Below, piece by piece: positions 41,230 to 54,700 of a stretch of 64,000 nucleotides of DNA. The stretch lies in assembly GCA_051294375.1 (NCBI GenBank), contig CM119265.1:3223640-3287639 (forward strand), in the 5' to 3' direction. Source of the DNA: Paraspadella gotoi. Lineage: Eukaryota > Animalia > Chaetognatha. The first letter of the stretch is position 1, and each line of letters opens with the position of its first letter. The translations under genes were made by a program, and so were the position numbers. The notes under the pieces are model-generated. The model was not told where the DNA came from and ran no database searches. It worked only from the letters and a program-made list of their open reading frames with translations.

Positions 41230-41932
41230 TCTCTCTCTATCCGTTCTACAAAATTCCAGGCGTTACACGCGTTCAACTCATGCTAAATTGTAGCATTTCG
41301 TGTTAACCCTTTTTTTCCTCCTTGCCTTTAAAACATTCAAGCAGCATACTTACCGTACTTGATCTATTTTCCTAACATTATAAATGTTAAGTCTCTTTAT
41401 CATTTTAATATCAAAACCTTTTGTTATTAGTTGACCTTTAGGTTTAGCAACTATAAAAGATCCCCGTACTTGCCGGATAGTAGAAGAGGAAGGTAGAGCG
41501 GGTGACGAGAGAGATGTTGGCGAGACGAGAGAGTAGAAGCCATGAGAGAGAGAGTCACCCGAGAAGAGAGAAGAGGGAGCATGGAGAGAGAGAGAGAGAG
41601 AGAGATAAAAAGAGAGCCCTTCCGCATATAAGTTTTTAATCATTTCCTATAAAATAAATCGTTATTCTCCCACGCAAAGTTCCTTCCTCAGCGCATGAGC
41701 GCTAGTCCGAAGTTTACGACTTTTGAGGACAAAGAGAGAGAGACTCGCGAACTCTCTGACTCGCTGGCTCGCGGTGTCACAGAGTCACAGGATCGTATAG
41801 TCCCCTGGTGTCAACGAACGTAAACATCGTAAAAAGTCACGAAGAAAAGAGACGAATGCAAATGAGTTTTTGGGCAAAACAGATAACGAGACTTTCATAC
41901 TTTTTTAACTCACTCTCACTCTTCCTTTATCT

Positions 41933-42055
<123 letters not shown>

Positions 42056-42731
42056 TTTTATGAGAACTACCGGTTGTTTATAAGGATGTTGTTATTCCTC
42101 TTCAAGTTATAAATTGTACAATAAGCATTCTACCATCTAAAATATCTACTATTATATAACCCTACTTTCTTCTTTTTCTTTTATTACCCTATCTTCTTTT
42201 TCCGTTACATACGTCCACCTAAACATGATGTTCTGTTGTTTGTCCTCCAATTTTCTTTTATTTGTTTCTCTGTTTTTTTTTTAGTTTTTTTTTCTCTCCC
42301 GACCCCACAACTACCCTATCCCCTAAAAAAAGTTAAAAAAAGGAAAAAAAAGGCATTTTTCACGATCGATCTTCATTTTTCTAAGGGAGACGTCGAACCT
42401 CCCTCATCCATCATCGGAAATTCGACAGGAGAGCGAAAAAAAAATGAAAAAAAAAATTTTAGTTGGGCGGCCATTTTAAGTTCACTTAGGAGATGAAATC
42501 AGCTGAGAAACGGAAATATATTCCTGCTTTGAGGGCAAAGAAGATCCGCCCTTAAAAAATTTTGAATGTCTAAAAATTTGTCGGGTTTTTCAGAAAGTCT
42601 TGTTAAAGGGAGTAAAAACATGAATCTAATCTTCGTTTCTGCATTGACAAAGATAGGCCGAGATTTAATTTAGTAATAAATCAAAATATTTAAAATGTTA
42701 AGTGTAGTTTTATATGACTTTAAATTTTGTC

Positions 42732-42792
42732 TATTGAATTCATTTGCTGATGAAGACTCGTAATACTAAGAGTCGAAACATGTACATTAATA
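42732..42792 (+). ncRNA. Second minimal type-I hammerhead ribozyme motif (Penelope-like element type)
   Basis: CTGATGA (42747-42753) plus an extra A; stem II GACTC/GAGTC with a 10-nt loop; GAAA (42775-42778); palindrome ACATGT; GUA triplet ending at 42784. Stem I is weak: 2 bp, then TATTGA/TTAATA after an internal loop. Confidence 0.7.
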
Positions 42793-45075
42793 AAAATAAA
42801 AAAATTGCTATTACAACGAATTTTTCGTTTCATCTCTAGACTTTAAATTTATAAAATTTTAACCTGATTTTAAGCTGAATCTTTAATTATTATTATATCC
42901 TGAAAGATAAAAGAGTGAAATAAAAAAAAATATTCATAGAAACAAGACACTTATCATGATTGTTATCTTCTTTGTCAAGACTTAAATACAGTTTAGAGAA
43001 CACGCACCCAAAATAATTTAGGTCAAGTTATACGCCCTAAAAATTTTAGGTCAGATTTGCACCCAAATTTGAGGGTGAATGGCTGAAAATAAGTCATTTT
43101 AGGTTCAAAAAGGTCACAAAGACAGAGATTTCAGGTCATTTCTCACTTAACGTTTGCTTCCAGATTTTTGATGGATCGATAACAGTTTTTTCTTGCAAGT
43201 TGACTCAGATTTTGACTATTCTATAAAACCCAAATCTGTGTGAATCTATGTCAACTTTTTGGGCATAAAATCTAGCTTTCATTAAGTGACTTTCAAACTT
43301 CAATTTTCACTCTCAAAATCCATTTCTTCCATTTATCATTTCTTCTTATCATTTGTCTTTTCTGTCATCCAAATCTCATTCCATTCTACTAGTAGCTATC
43401 TTTTCCTTCCAGATACTTTAACTCTCTCCTTGATTACATTCTTACTTGCCATTTCTCCTTCCCAAATACCATTCCTCCTTCCGAGATGCCATTTCTTCTT
43501 TAAAGCTCCCATTCCTCCCATTCATATACAATACCTTCTCTTAAAGAACGACCCTCACCCATTTCAACCACATCAAAGCGTCTACCGCCGGTTTCCCTTT
43601 TTTCTTTTTTCTATTTTAACGTAAAATGCAAACACAACGATGGTTTGTGCGAACGTCTAAGCGCAAAAATGCAAACATCACTTCATCATCCATCATCCTT
43701 CGATAGAAGGAGAAACGATAGGCAAAGAACGAAATAAAAAGATGCCGAAAAATATAGACAAAGGATATTGAAAACAAAGAACGCGACCCTACCCTGACTC
43801 TCTCTCTCTCTCTCTCTACTCCCCCCAAAAATTTTATACCGATTCATCTTTCTCCTCCCGACATCCCGTCTTTCCATCGACCTCCCAAAAATCTAATTTG
43901 CATATAAGCCAGTAAAGCTCCGCAGCTCGCGCGCGATAGAGAGAAAGAGAGAGAGAGAGAGAGATAGAAAGGTTTTTTGGGGGTCCAAAAATTTGTTGTC
44001 TTTTGTCAGCCCATTTTTTTAGCGGTTGTACTGAAGCTTTTATTTTCAAATTAGGCGCAAAAAGTTTTTTGTCGCCAATTTTAGACCCAAATAGAATTAT
44101 GAAGGTTAGCCTAACTTTTTTTGAAGAGTAAAAATGTATGAAGAGTAAAAATGTATGTTCATTAGCCAAAAACTTTTTTCTACTATTTCTTTTAGGTTTT
44201 ATCACATATCTTCTAAATTATCTTTTTTTTAATTACAGAGAAGTTAAGATAACCAATTAGAATAGTTAAGGGACTATCAACATTAGTTATTCCTAAAATG
44301 ACGAATGATATTTTTCAGATCAGCGTCTTCATCATTTAATTTACATAAATTAATGTTTATTTGCATTGGCAATTCAGCAACAGAATGTCCAAGAGGTGGT
44401 GCGTGATACAGTTAAGATCTTGAGCATATAAACATAAAACCACAATTTTTTGAAGAATGTTGAGTTCATCAATGCTTTTCATTTCAGAACCAATTCAACG
44501 TCGGCACGTCCAATTTATCTTTAAAACAAATATTAGTGGAACCAAATCTTTTAATTATCTATTTCTATCTTCACCTTATTGGCATAGCTGTACATCTCCC
44601 TCCATTAATCGGTCGTAACTGTATCTCCCCTTAAATTCAAACACGTGCGGCTAATTCGCGCGACCAAACGCGTTCGCCATTTTTTCTCTCCAGTCGTAAA
44701 ATTCAAAAACGTAAAAAACTCGTAAAAACTCGAAAGAAAAAAAAACTTAAAAACTAAAAACTAAATAAGATGGAAAACGAGAGAGAGAGAGAGAGCGAGA
44801 GCGGGTCGGGCCTTGGGTGCTGGCGAAAAAAAAAATCAGACGTTGACAGAAACGCGTGAAGGAACAGAAACAAAAAGAAGATTTGAAGAAAACAAAAAGA
44901 AAAACAGAAAGAAAACACATAAAACAGAGAAACGAGACAAATCGAGAAAAACTCATGAATAATTTGGTCGTAACATCTCTGTTACACAAAAGTTTCTTCT
45001 GCTTTCGAGAACAAAAGGAGAAACAATAGAGGAAGTTAAGACAATTGCGAGACAGAGACAGAGAGATATCGCTAT

Positions 45076-45124
<49 letters not shown>

Positions 45125-45315
45125 CCCTCTCTCAGCAGAGAAAAAATTAGAGATTTATTTTTTAAATCATTTTTCGGTTTTTATGGGAAAATTCGCTCTT
45201 TTTTTTAAGTCATGGTGCAGATTACTTCACCATAGCGATGGAGTATGGAGTGAGACGATGCAGAGAGAGAGAGAGAGAGAGAGAAGATAGAGGAGTAAGA
45301 GAGATGAGAGGAGAG

Positions 45316-45329
<14 letters not shown>

Positions 45330-45351
<22 letters not shown>

Positions 45352-45594
45352 GAGGGGATAGAGAGAGAGAGCGAAAGAATCTTTTGTGTGTAGCATTATT
45401 GGTAAAAGAAGACCAAGAGTCATTTCAGTCCATACAAAATATAAAAGACAAATTTAAAATTGTGCAAAAAATTATAAAGAAATTTTAAAAAAATCAAGAA
45501 ATAAATCATTAGGAAAGATACCAGGAATAAAAATTCATTTTGCGACCGTAAATAACCAATCAGGTTATTTCCTTTTAACCTAATGCCGAGTACA

Positions 45595-45628
<34 letters not shown>

Positions 45629-45891
45629 GAAGAGAGAGAAGAGAAGAGGGCGGATAGAGAGAGAGAGCGAAAAGAATCATTTTGTGTGTAGCATTATTGG
45701 TAAAAGAAGCAAAAGAGGCATTCAGTCCAATACAAAATATAAAATTGACAAATTTTAAAATTGTGCAAAAAATTATAAAGAAATTTTAAAAAATCAAGAA
45801 ATAAATCATTAGAAAGATACCAGGAAATAATAATTTCATTTTACGACGTAATAACCAATCAAGGTTATTTTCCTTTACCTAATGCCGAGTA

Positions 45892-45900
<9 letters not shown>
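45330..45900. repeat. ~290-bp tandem duplication bounded by (AG)n tracts
   Basis: GAGCGAAAGAATC..TTTGTGTGTAGCATTATTGG...TAATGCCGAGTAC occurs at ~45369-45593 and ~45665-45892. Confidence 0.88.
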
Positions 45901-45949
<49 letters not shown>

Positions 45950-47930
45950 CAAAATTTTTCGGGGTTTGTTCTCCATGACAACCTGGGGAGGGTCTTTTTT
46001 TATTGTTCCAGTTTCGGCAGAGAATTCAATCTAAGAATGTCGTCCCCATTGTAGCTGCTTGTTCTTTTTTCCTCTATTATTGTTCTTTTTTTTTTTGGCT
46101 GCGCTGGACTGAGCGGTTTCAGAGGGCCTCAGAGGGCTTTAGACAGAGAGAGAGAGGTTTTGGCTTTTGTAAAGTTTCGTTGATTATTAAGCTTCGAGCT
46201 CGGAAATAATTTTGTGTCTCGCCAGTTTCACGGTTTTTAGGTTTTTACGTAGTGGAAAGAATACTGTCTCTCTCTCTCTCTCAATCCCTCTCTCTGTGTT
46301 TTACTATCCCTGTATTGCATAAATTTTTTCTGCAAAATTTTTTGGGGGTTGGAAAATTCTACTTTATATTTATGGAACCAAACATTGTAGTTTAAAGGAA
46401 GTTGAAATCGTTGATAACATGTCTTTTTAGAAGAACTAACAAATATTTTATGCAAGAAAAGAATTCTTATAATACGATATCTAAAGTCTTTAAAATTGTC
46501 CATAGTAATCTATCCAAAGGGTTATAATTTTCCTATTTAGTTTTTAATTTGATCAAAAAAATTAATTTCTAATCAACTTGAGATTACCGTCATGAAATAA
46601 AAAAGAACTTCAGTCACAATGAAATCACAAGTTTCCTTCTGATCGATTTTACTTAACTCCCAACAAAAACTCAAAGCCTCTTTCTTGAATCGAAAAAGAA
46701 AAAAGAAAAAAAAGAAAAAAAATCTTCCCGAAGTCAATTCCATCTCGATTTTTTAACGTTTGACCTGCTTAACTCTGCCGACTGCGAATTAGTGGCACAA
46801 AAATATGCAAATGAGGAAAACCAAAAAAGAACTGGCTACATTTCTTTTTTTTTTTCTATTTCTTTTGTTGCATTGCCAAAATGAAACAAAAGATTTTACC
46901 ATTTTCATTGCGATATCCGCCGACGAACTTCTTAATCCTTCATCAGCGAAGATTCCTCATGAGTTAAATACTTTTCATCTCCGTATGTAATTGAAAAAGG
47001 CCGGAAGAAACTGGTGGCTTCAAGGGCGCGGCGAGGATGTAACTGGAAATATCGCGTTGACCACCCGGAGTTGGCTATTGTCTGATTGAATGAAAACGAA
47101 GATAGTGACTTATTGCTCGAAGGTGTAAGTATTTATTAAATGGGGAAAAAATGCTATTAGTTTAGCGGCGGGTGTGCTGGAAGACGCAAAACGAAAAATG
47201 TGAAGCAAAAAAAAAATGAAGTTTAGGGTTTGGCAAAAAGACAAAGGAAAAGAATTTAGTGAATTGAAGCGATAAATATCATAAGTTGACATGAGATTGT
47301 CTCTCTACCATGAGGCAGGGGGCCTTTAAGTTAATGTCAAAGTCTTAGAAAATGGAAACATTAATTAAAAATAGGAAAAAATTTAAACAAAAAGAGTTGA
47401 ATTTATTAAGGAAGTTGACCGAAAAATGGTCTACTGTTGAATACTGTCAGTAGATTCGTTACTGAAAAAAAAACTTTTGTTTTGCGGTCTGGACCAACGG
47501 TCTGTGGGGGGGGGGAGAACAATAGAAATAATTATTATCTTCAAATGAAATAACGATTGTGAAAGGATTTTTTTTTCAGATCCCGAGACTTCGTTTAAAA
47601 AAATTGCAAACAAAAACCAAAGGAAAAGAAAATAGAGAAATTGATAGATATGTTTAATATATTTCGACTTCAATTAATAACAAAATTAAAAATAGCTCAA
47701 AAAAAAGTTATAAAAAATTAATTTGAAAGGGCAGTTTCCCTTAGTAATATTTATATGCGGTTTAGGAGATAAACTCCCTTCTAACGAGAAATGAGAGGGA
47801 ACTGCAGTTAAAACAAAAAAATATAATTTTTAAATATTGACATATATATTCGGCTAAAGTTAATTAATGGGTGTGGTTTTAATTTCATATTTTAAAAGAT
47901 AAACAAAACATCGGTTTAATAAAACAACCG

Positions 47931-47963
<33 letters not shown>
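47931..47963. repeat. (TAA)n microsatellite
   Basis: Directly visible tandem repeat. Confidence 0.9.
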
Positions 47964-47967
<4 letters not shown>

Positions 47968-49422
47968 TTTTCTTGGCCCTCAGCCATTTTTCGATTTGTA
48001 TATTTTAAGTCAGCAGAAATTGTAGTAAACAGATTTTACATACGTATATGAAGTCAGTTCATCGTCATAAGGAAAACCTTTTTGAATTTCTCATCTTTTA
48101 AAAATCTACAATTTTGAAAATAAATTTGTAATAGTTTTATTTCTTATAGTATTGTATAATTTACAATAATTAGAATATATGAAAAGAACGGAAGAGGATT
48201 AGGCTCGAGGATTCGAGGAGGAAGAGGAAGAGCAGGGGGAAAAACGATTGATGGAATCGAGAGAATGAGAGAGAGAGAGGAGACGAGAGAGAGAGCGACG
48301 ACAGCAGAGAGAGAGAGAGAGAGAGAGAGAGAGCAGCACGAGAGAGAGAGAGAGTGTAATTTAAGGGCAGACGATGACGAACGCATGACCGATGACCGAG
48401 TCGACGCACGACGACAGCCGAACGAAACCTTAGAAACTTTGGGCTCAATATCTCGACAGGAAAGCGGACGACACGACAACGACGACGACGACGCACGACT
48501 AGACTTGGCCTAGAACACACAACGACACAAGGACTTTCTGACGTGGGTTTTCCTCGACCACTCTTGCGACTTCCGTGGAAGACATTTGTGAAAATCGTCG
48601 GTATTTGACGTCCTCATCACTCGAAAACTCCATAACGACCCATCGAACCATTCTCTATAGAGCGAGGAAGAGGAAAGAGGAGATATAGTATGTATATAGG
48701 GCATAACGGAGGATTCGCTGGACGCGGCAATGCGCCAGAGTGAGTAACTGCTTAATGTATCACTCGGTAAACGCCTCTTTTGGAGTTGTCTCCATTGCCG
48801 GTGAAGAAAAGAAGATTTTTACGGCGGGGACAATGGGCGCTATGTTGTTATAGTATGTATGTTATTGTAATCTGTCGTTGAAAATGTTGTAGTAACTGTT
48901 GTAGTAAATCGTTGTTGTTCTTGCGATTTTTCTCTCCTGGTGGCGTCATTTTATTTGAAGCGTAGAGGTTTTTCGTCGTGTAGAGTTAAATAATTACTAT
49001 CCAACGGAACAACGATGATGATGATGATGCGATGATGATGAGCGATGATGATTGAGATGATGATAGATGAATGATGAATGATGATTCACCAATTTCTAGA
49101 AAGGAATAAAGGAAAAAAAGCAGAAGAAAAGAAATACGCCGGAATGAGCGGCTGCTCTCTCTGCTCTCTCTCTCCTCTCTCCTCTCTCATCTCTCTCGTG
49201 CTCTCTCTACTCTCAGCAGGTCCTTCTCCTTTCTCATTTTTTTCTTATTCTGCGTTTCTTTCAATTTTTCGTTTTCTTTTATTTTAAACTCTCTCTATCT
49301 CATCTTTTCTCCTCTCGCCTCTCTCGTCCTCCAGTCTTTCCATTTAATCTGTGATTCGGTAAGGCGTCTAGACACGTAAAGGGATTAAAAACAAGACGAC
49401 ACGATTTTGTGACGAAATGAGA

Positions 49423-49458
<36 letters not shown>

Positions 49459-50189
49459 AGAGAAGAGAGAGAGAGGAGGAGAAGAGAGAGGGAATCATTA
49501 TAATAATTAATTAGATTCTATCAGTCGATATTTCGGCTTTTTTCGCTATATTTTCTGCTCGAAGTCAATTGAAAAGGAAAGAAACATTAAAGAACGATGA
49601 TGCACGACGACGACGACGAACGTCACAGCGACGATGACAATGCATTACAACAGAGCGCGTTGCTGAGAAAGAGGACAAGGAGGAAAGTGAAAAAAAGACA
49701 AAGAAATAAAAGAAAAAGAAAGAAAAGGAATTACCATTCTTTTAAAAAATGGATGGACAAGCGTCTTAAGCAGTTTAATTCGCTGCCTTCGAGGAGAAAC
49801 TCGACCCTTTCAACATTGTTTCGGTCGGGTCGACGAGGCGAGCGACGAACGGAGGCACGACGAAGCGACGGAAAAATGTCTTAGGACAAAAACCACACCG
49901 ACGGTAATCGCTCCCTCGCCGTTCCACATTGTGAGTGGGAGACGATGATGAAGACGCGAGCGACGACGACGACGACGACGAACGAAGATGAAAAAGAGGG
50001 ATATTTTGGACGAAGAACAGTCTTACGATTCGCGGCACAACTTTCGATTTGTGAAGAAAAAGACGACGACGACGAGCGACGACGACGACGACGATGTTTA
50101 AGACGAAAATAACGATGAAACGATTAGAGAAGGCACGACGGGCTTGGCGTTTGCAAGAGTAGTATAGAAGGCAATATATTGTAATTGTA

Positions 50190-50395
50190 CTGAAACTACA
50201 AACTATGCGAGCGTAGAGTCAGTAAGTACTAAGGTTTCTTCCTCTATCAAATTGACTTGCCTAACGGCTTCTCTCAACTAGTCGCTGTCTTCAGAACTAT
50301 TACTAATTAAATGTAGTTTAGTATAGTTGGGGGGCCAACTGTCCTGCAGGGGTGGACAGGCAACATAGCAGGGCGGCCCTGTGAAGAACCCTTGA
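50190..50395 (-). repeat. Noisy partial second copy of the region around the viral L start (~58505-58772)
   Basis: Shared ordered blocks: AGTAAGTACTAAGGTTTCTTCC vs GGTAAGTACGTAAGGTTTCTTCC; CTTCAGAACTATTACTAATTAAATGTAG vs CTTCAGACTTAATTTACTATAAATGTAAG; TATAGTTGGGGGGCCAACTGT vs TATAGTTTGGGGCACACTGT. Confidence 0.7.
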
Positions 50396-51177
50396 ATAAA
50401 ACAAACAAACTAACAAAATAAAACAAAGACAAATTTCAAACGAACAAACAATGACCCTGAGCTAAGAACAGCTACAAACCCCAGCGCCCGTAAGTCCGGA
50501 AAGAGTTCAAATATCCCGTAGCGCGAAACCCATAGGGACAATATAATATTAAATATCTTAAAAGGAGGAGCAAGAATGGGGCGGGCACGCGCAATTAAGC
50601 GATCCGAGCAGTCAACCCAGTTATCAAAGTGAACCTTCTTTTAGGCAACAGAGATTCTAAACGCGAAATCAACTACCATTGAAAAACAGTTTAAGGTTTT
50701 ATGCGATCCCAGATCATTTCCGGACCCCAACCGCCCTTTGCTCGTCCGGTAATTCCCTTATTCCGCGCCATAGGGATGTCCGGACGGCTACAAACTTCAG
50801 ACTATAACGTCTGTTAACCCAATTATGGACGCAACTAATATAAAATATACCACAGTGGTTTAAGGCATATAAATCTAGCATAGACGGCTTATGCCGTCAT
50901 CAAACGTCAATATGCAAATATTTTCGGGGTCCGACCCCCCGCCCGAGGCAGCACTGAGGGACACCAAACCGGCCAAATATTATCCATATCAGGTTCAGTA
51001 TAAACGTGCGAAACTGTCTATTTTTACTAAGCGAAGGAGGTTAAAAAAAAAAAAAATGAATAATAAGCAGAAAACCCTCCCACATGGCACATCTTGCACC
51101 CACGACTCGAATACAAATATTTTCAACGTCGGATATGAACTTTTAATTATTCTTTTCGTCCATAAAGAAAATAAATC

Positions 51178-51211
<34 letters not shown>

Positions 51212-51741
51212 GCAAGAACCAAGTGGGCAGCAAAATACAACAATAATCTTGTAGAACATGAATAAATACTAACAACTCCTTCCTTCCTATCTCTGTGACC
51301 CACATGACAATACGATAGTTTTGTGATACTAGAATTAGAACTCGAAATATGAATAAATTAAATAAATTTCCAAATACAATAAACTCGACTCCGACTAAAC
51401 CACCCAAGAACGTACGTAACGAACAGTTAATAATCATAAACGCGTTTGACGGGCCTACTAGTAACACGACCCGCAAAGGAACAAAAACACAACAATAAAA
51501 CGTTACAATCATAGGAAATGAACAAACGTTACAGAGACGCGAAAACCCGGTGACAATGAAAAAATAAACGGTACCAAAGCACATAGCAATGTAACTGAAA
51601 AAATCACGTATTCCTTAAGAATTTCGAATCAAGAAATGGTGCATCATATAAATCCGCCACAACAGGCGACTCACCAGAACGATGTCATGAATATGAACAT
51701 CGGATGTAAAATACCTNNNNNNNNNNNNNNNNNNNNNNNNN

Positions 51742-54700
51742 GTGACTATGATCGACAATTTCTAAACGCGAATTGAATCATGATTGAGAACACTTTACTG
51801 GAAGACAATAGGACCACGCGAGGACTTTCCAAAGAATGAAAGCTCAGGTTTGTATATTTCCCCCGCCTCCACGCGACGATAGACACAACGCCATAACCAA
51901 GTCTTTGAGGCATCACAAAAGAAATGGGAAAGTTCAGGCCGGAAATAAACAGTCGTATCCGGCGTCGCGATCCATCTAGGAATTACGATGGAAGTAAGGT
52001 TACTTAAACCTCTCCCGCCACTCGGGTAATCTCGGCGAGAATCTCTTTCGAAATCGGTTTCGTCCCACGAAGGTTTTCTTTCGTCGGCCCTCGTGAAGAT
52101 GTCCCTACCCTCGTAAAACGAAGATCAATTTAAAGCCGCCCATGACACTAATATATTGAGATAGATGCGGTTAGCGACAAAATTTCCACGGCGTAGTTAT
52201 CGCTCCCTCTAATTTAGATTTATTAATCGTAACAGAAAATATGCACGAGCAAAGCAATAACATACCGCCCTAGTAATTTTTTCTCTAAACTTCTGTTTCT
52301 ATCGCTAAACATTTAATGTCGTCCCATTCCTTCTCCACACCGGGGGCGCGCGTGGTACCGTCCTCCAAGTCTTCTTTGTGAGATGAGCCTCCAGCACACC
52401 AAATCAAAATCCACCGCTTCTGGCCATAGCCTGTTGTGATGCCAACCCGGGGAGCTATCCGCCGACTCCACCCGATGGCGTCGAGCGAGCCAGAAGATTG
52501 TCCACCATAGGAATTCGTTGATAATTGGCGCTCAGCGACATCAGGTGGAACCTTCCCCCTCAGCATACGGACATGATGTGAAGGATTAAAAGCCTGGCGC
52601 AGTAGTAAGATTCGCTCCAAATATAGCACGATCATCCCCACAAGAACCAATTCCGGTCATCGATCATCGGCAACCACCAAAAACGGAAATCATGACGGTC
52701 GCGTTCATTTCGACGAAACATTGATTGGAAAGAACCCTCCGTTACATCGGAATCCAAGGAAAACCGACGGTGCCGACGGGAATCGATTAAGAAACCTCCA
52801 ACAATTATTCATCAGATCGCGGTCCCGTAAAGTTCATCATTGACAGGCAAATTCCATCGACGGGGCCTTCCTGCATGACAAACACGATATTTACAGGTTT
52901 GTTCAACGCGAGTCGCAATTGTGAGTAGGCAAAGGTCCACCATAGGAAGAAATGGGGGAACAGCCGGATCCTCCACCCGAATAGCGTGGACCCTCGCTCG
53001 ATAATCTCGCCGAAATTGTTTGAAAAACACCTTCTTTACGAAGCGGCTCCCCCGCCATTTTCTTGCCCGTGCTTTTGAGGAGTCTATTCCGAGCCATTAC
53101 CCCGACGAATCACATCGATTCAGGACCTCAGCCCGCCCTTTCCCTACCATTCTTCCAAGGCAACCCAACCCGCCAATGTCGATCTCTTCGTCAAACGAAA
53201 TTGTCGATTGAGTTGTTCCACGCGGTATTCGGCCTGCACGCTCGGGAACAAACCTTCGCCGACGGCGCCGGAAACAAATCTGCTTCAAACAAACCGCTGC
53301 ACGTTCCCGACTGAACTCCTCGTTATCGACCGAATTACGATAGCAGTGATACTGAGAGCCGCAGAAGAGCGGTGTGTCTTGACCGGCGGGACCACCGTAT
53401 TAGTCCACCCCCATTCTGGGGGAGTGGAAAGCAACGGGAGCGTCTTTTCGCTTCCGCGACGAACCCTCAGTTCTCCTCAAGTCCAGTACTCCGCCAGAAA
53501 GAATTAAAACCCAATTTCACTTGAAGGTCAAGAATGCTTATAACGACGTCAGGACAGGTGTGAGAGAACGAGGCAATTCATTGCTCCGTCGGCGGGTGCA
53601 AATCGTCCTCTGAAGTAAGGATATCGGCTGGCGAGCTACATCCTTCATTCCATTGAAGAGCGCCGTCGATCCGATTTCCACCGATAGATTCTCCACCAAA
53701 TCGGCCTGGGAAAGCGTCGATTCCGATCCGAGCGTCATTAATTTCCACAATCTAACTATAAGCTAAACGGTTTTAGTCATATGCTCGCGACGGTCGATAC
53801 TAACTATGACACATTTGTTGCTTCCCGAATTCGAGCATCGCCCAAGTCCCCATTATCGCTCCGCGTTGACGACAATGTTGATTTGGCACGGACCCGCGGG
53901 CTGGTAAACGTGCCCCGCTCCAGACGTTACCCGGCATAGTCATCAGTCTTCCGGCTTTGTCGCGGAACCCTGCCTTCATCGCAACTGGCGAAGACATTTT
54001 CCGCTGCTTTACGCTTAGGCGGTCGCAGCCCGTACCGCGGCCCCCCTCCCTTTGACTGCACCGATCGCCTTCTCTATGCAAAAGAAGAGCTATGTTCCAC
54101 CGCAGAAACACCTCGCTTCGTAGGATAGGACAATATTATAAGGTGACCACTTCCCAAACAGTTTAAAAACAGCGGTTACCCGAGCACCGTCTAATGCCTT
54201 ACCGCTGCGTGGCGACGCTCGTTGATAACTTATCGCAATGCCGCAATTTTTGATGCGGTCCTTCACACCTGTGACAAGGCCGGTCTTAGAAGAAGCACTT
54301 CCCGACTGGCCCTTCGAAAGAGGAAGATCCTTCGTTTAAAGATCTACTCATCCGGAAGCAGCTGGCAGCGATACCGTCTTTTTTCCTCGTTCCGGTTCCA
54401 GTCAGCCTTTGCCACGGTCGGCATATAACATCTTCATGCGCGTCCTCTCCTTCCTTTCTCCGTCGACGCGGGAACCTTTGGATGTTGAACCGGCGAGCTG
54501 ATGAGAGAGTCAATACACTTCCTGATAATTTGCTAGAAATCAAGAAAATCAGAAAAACTCAAATTCCATATTGCCAAGGTGATTCTGTCTAAACATGACC
54601 ACCTTTTTAGTCCACTTATCTGAGAGATGCGGCATTCTTTTTGTCAGCAAATGCCAGCATGACGGACAGAGTCGATCGAGGTCCATTCACTCTACGCCCG

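Noticed and set aside
46900-47100. Exon-like higher-complexity patch
   Set aside because: All frames are short and no family motif was recognised.
53063-53314. Plus-strand ORF containing FADGAG, resembling a methyltransferase glycine motif
   Set aside because: It is on the strand opposite to all other L motifs, and the minus-strand GGGSG at ~52975 has the right spacing to the downstream LVVAD.
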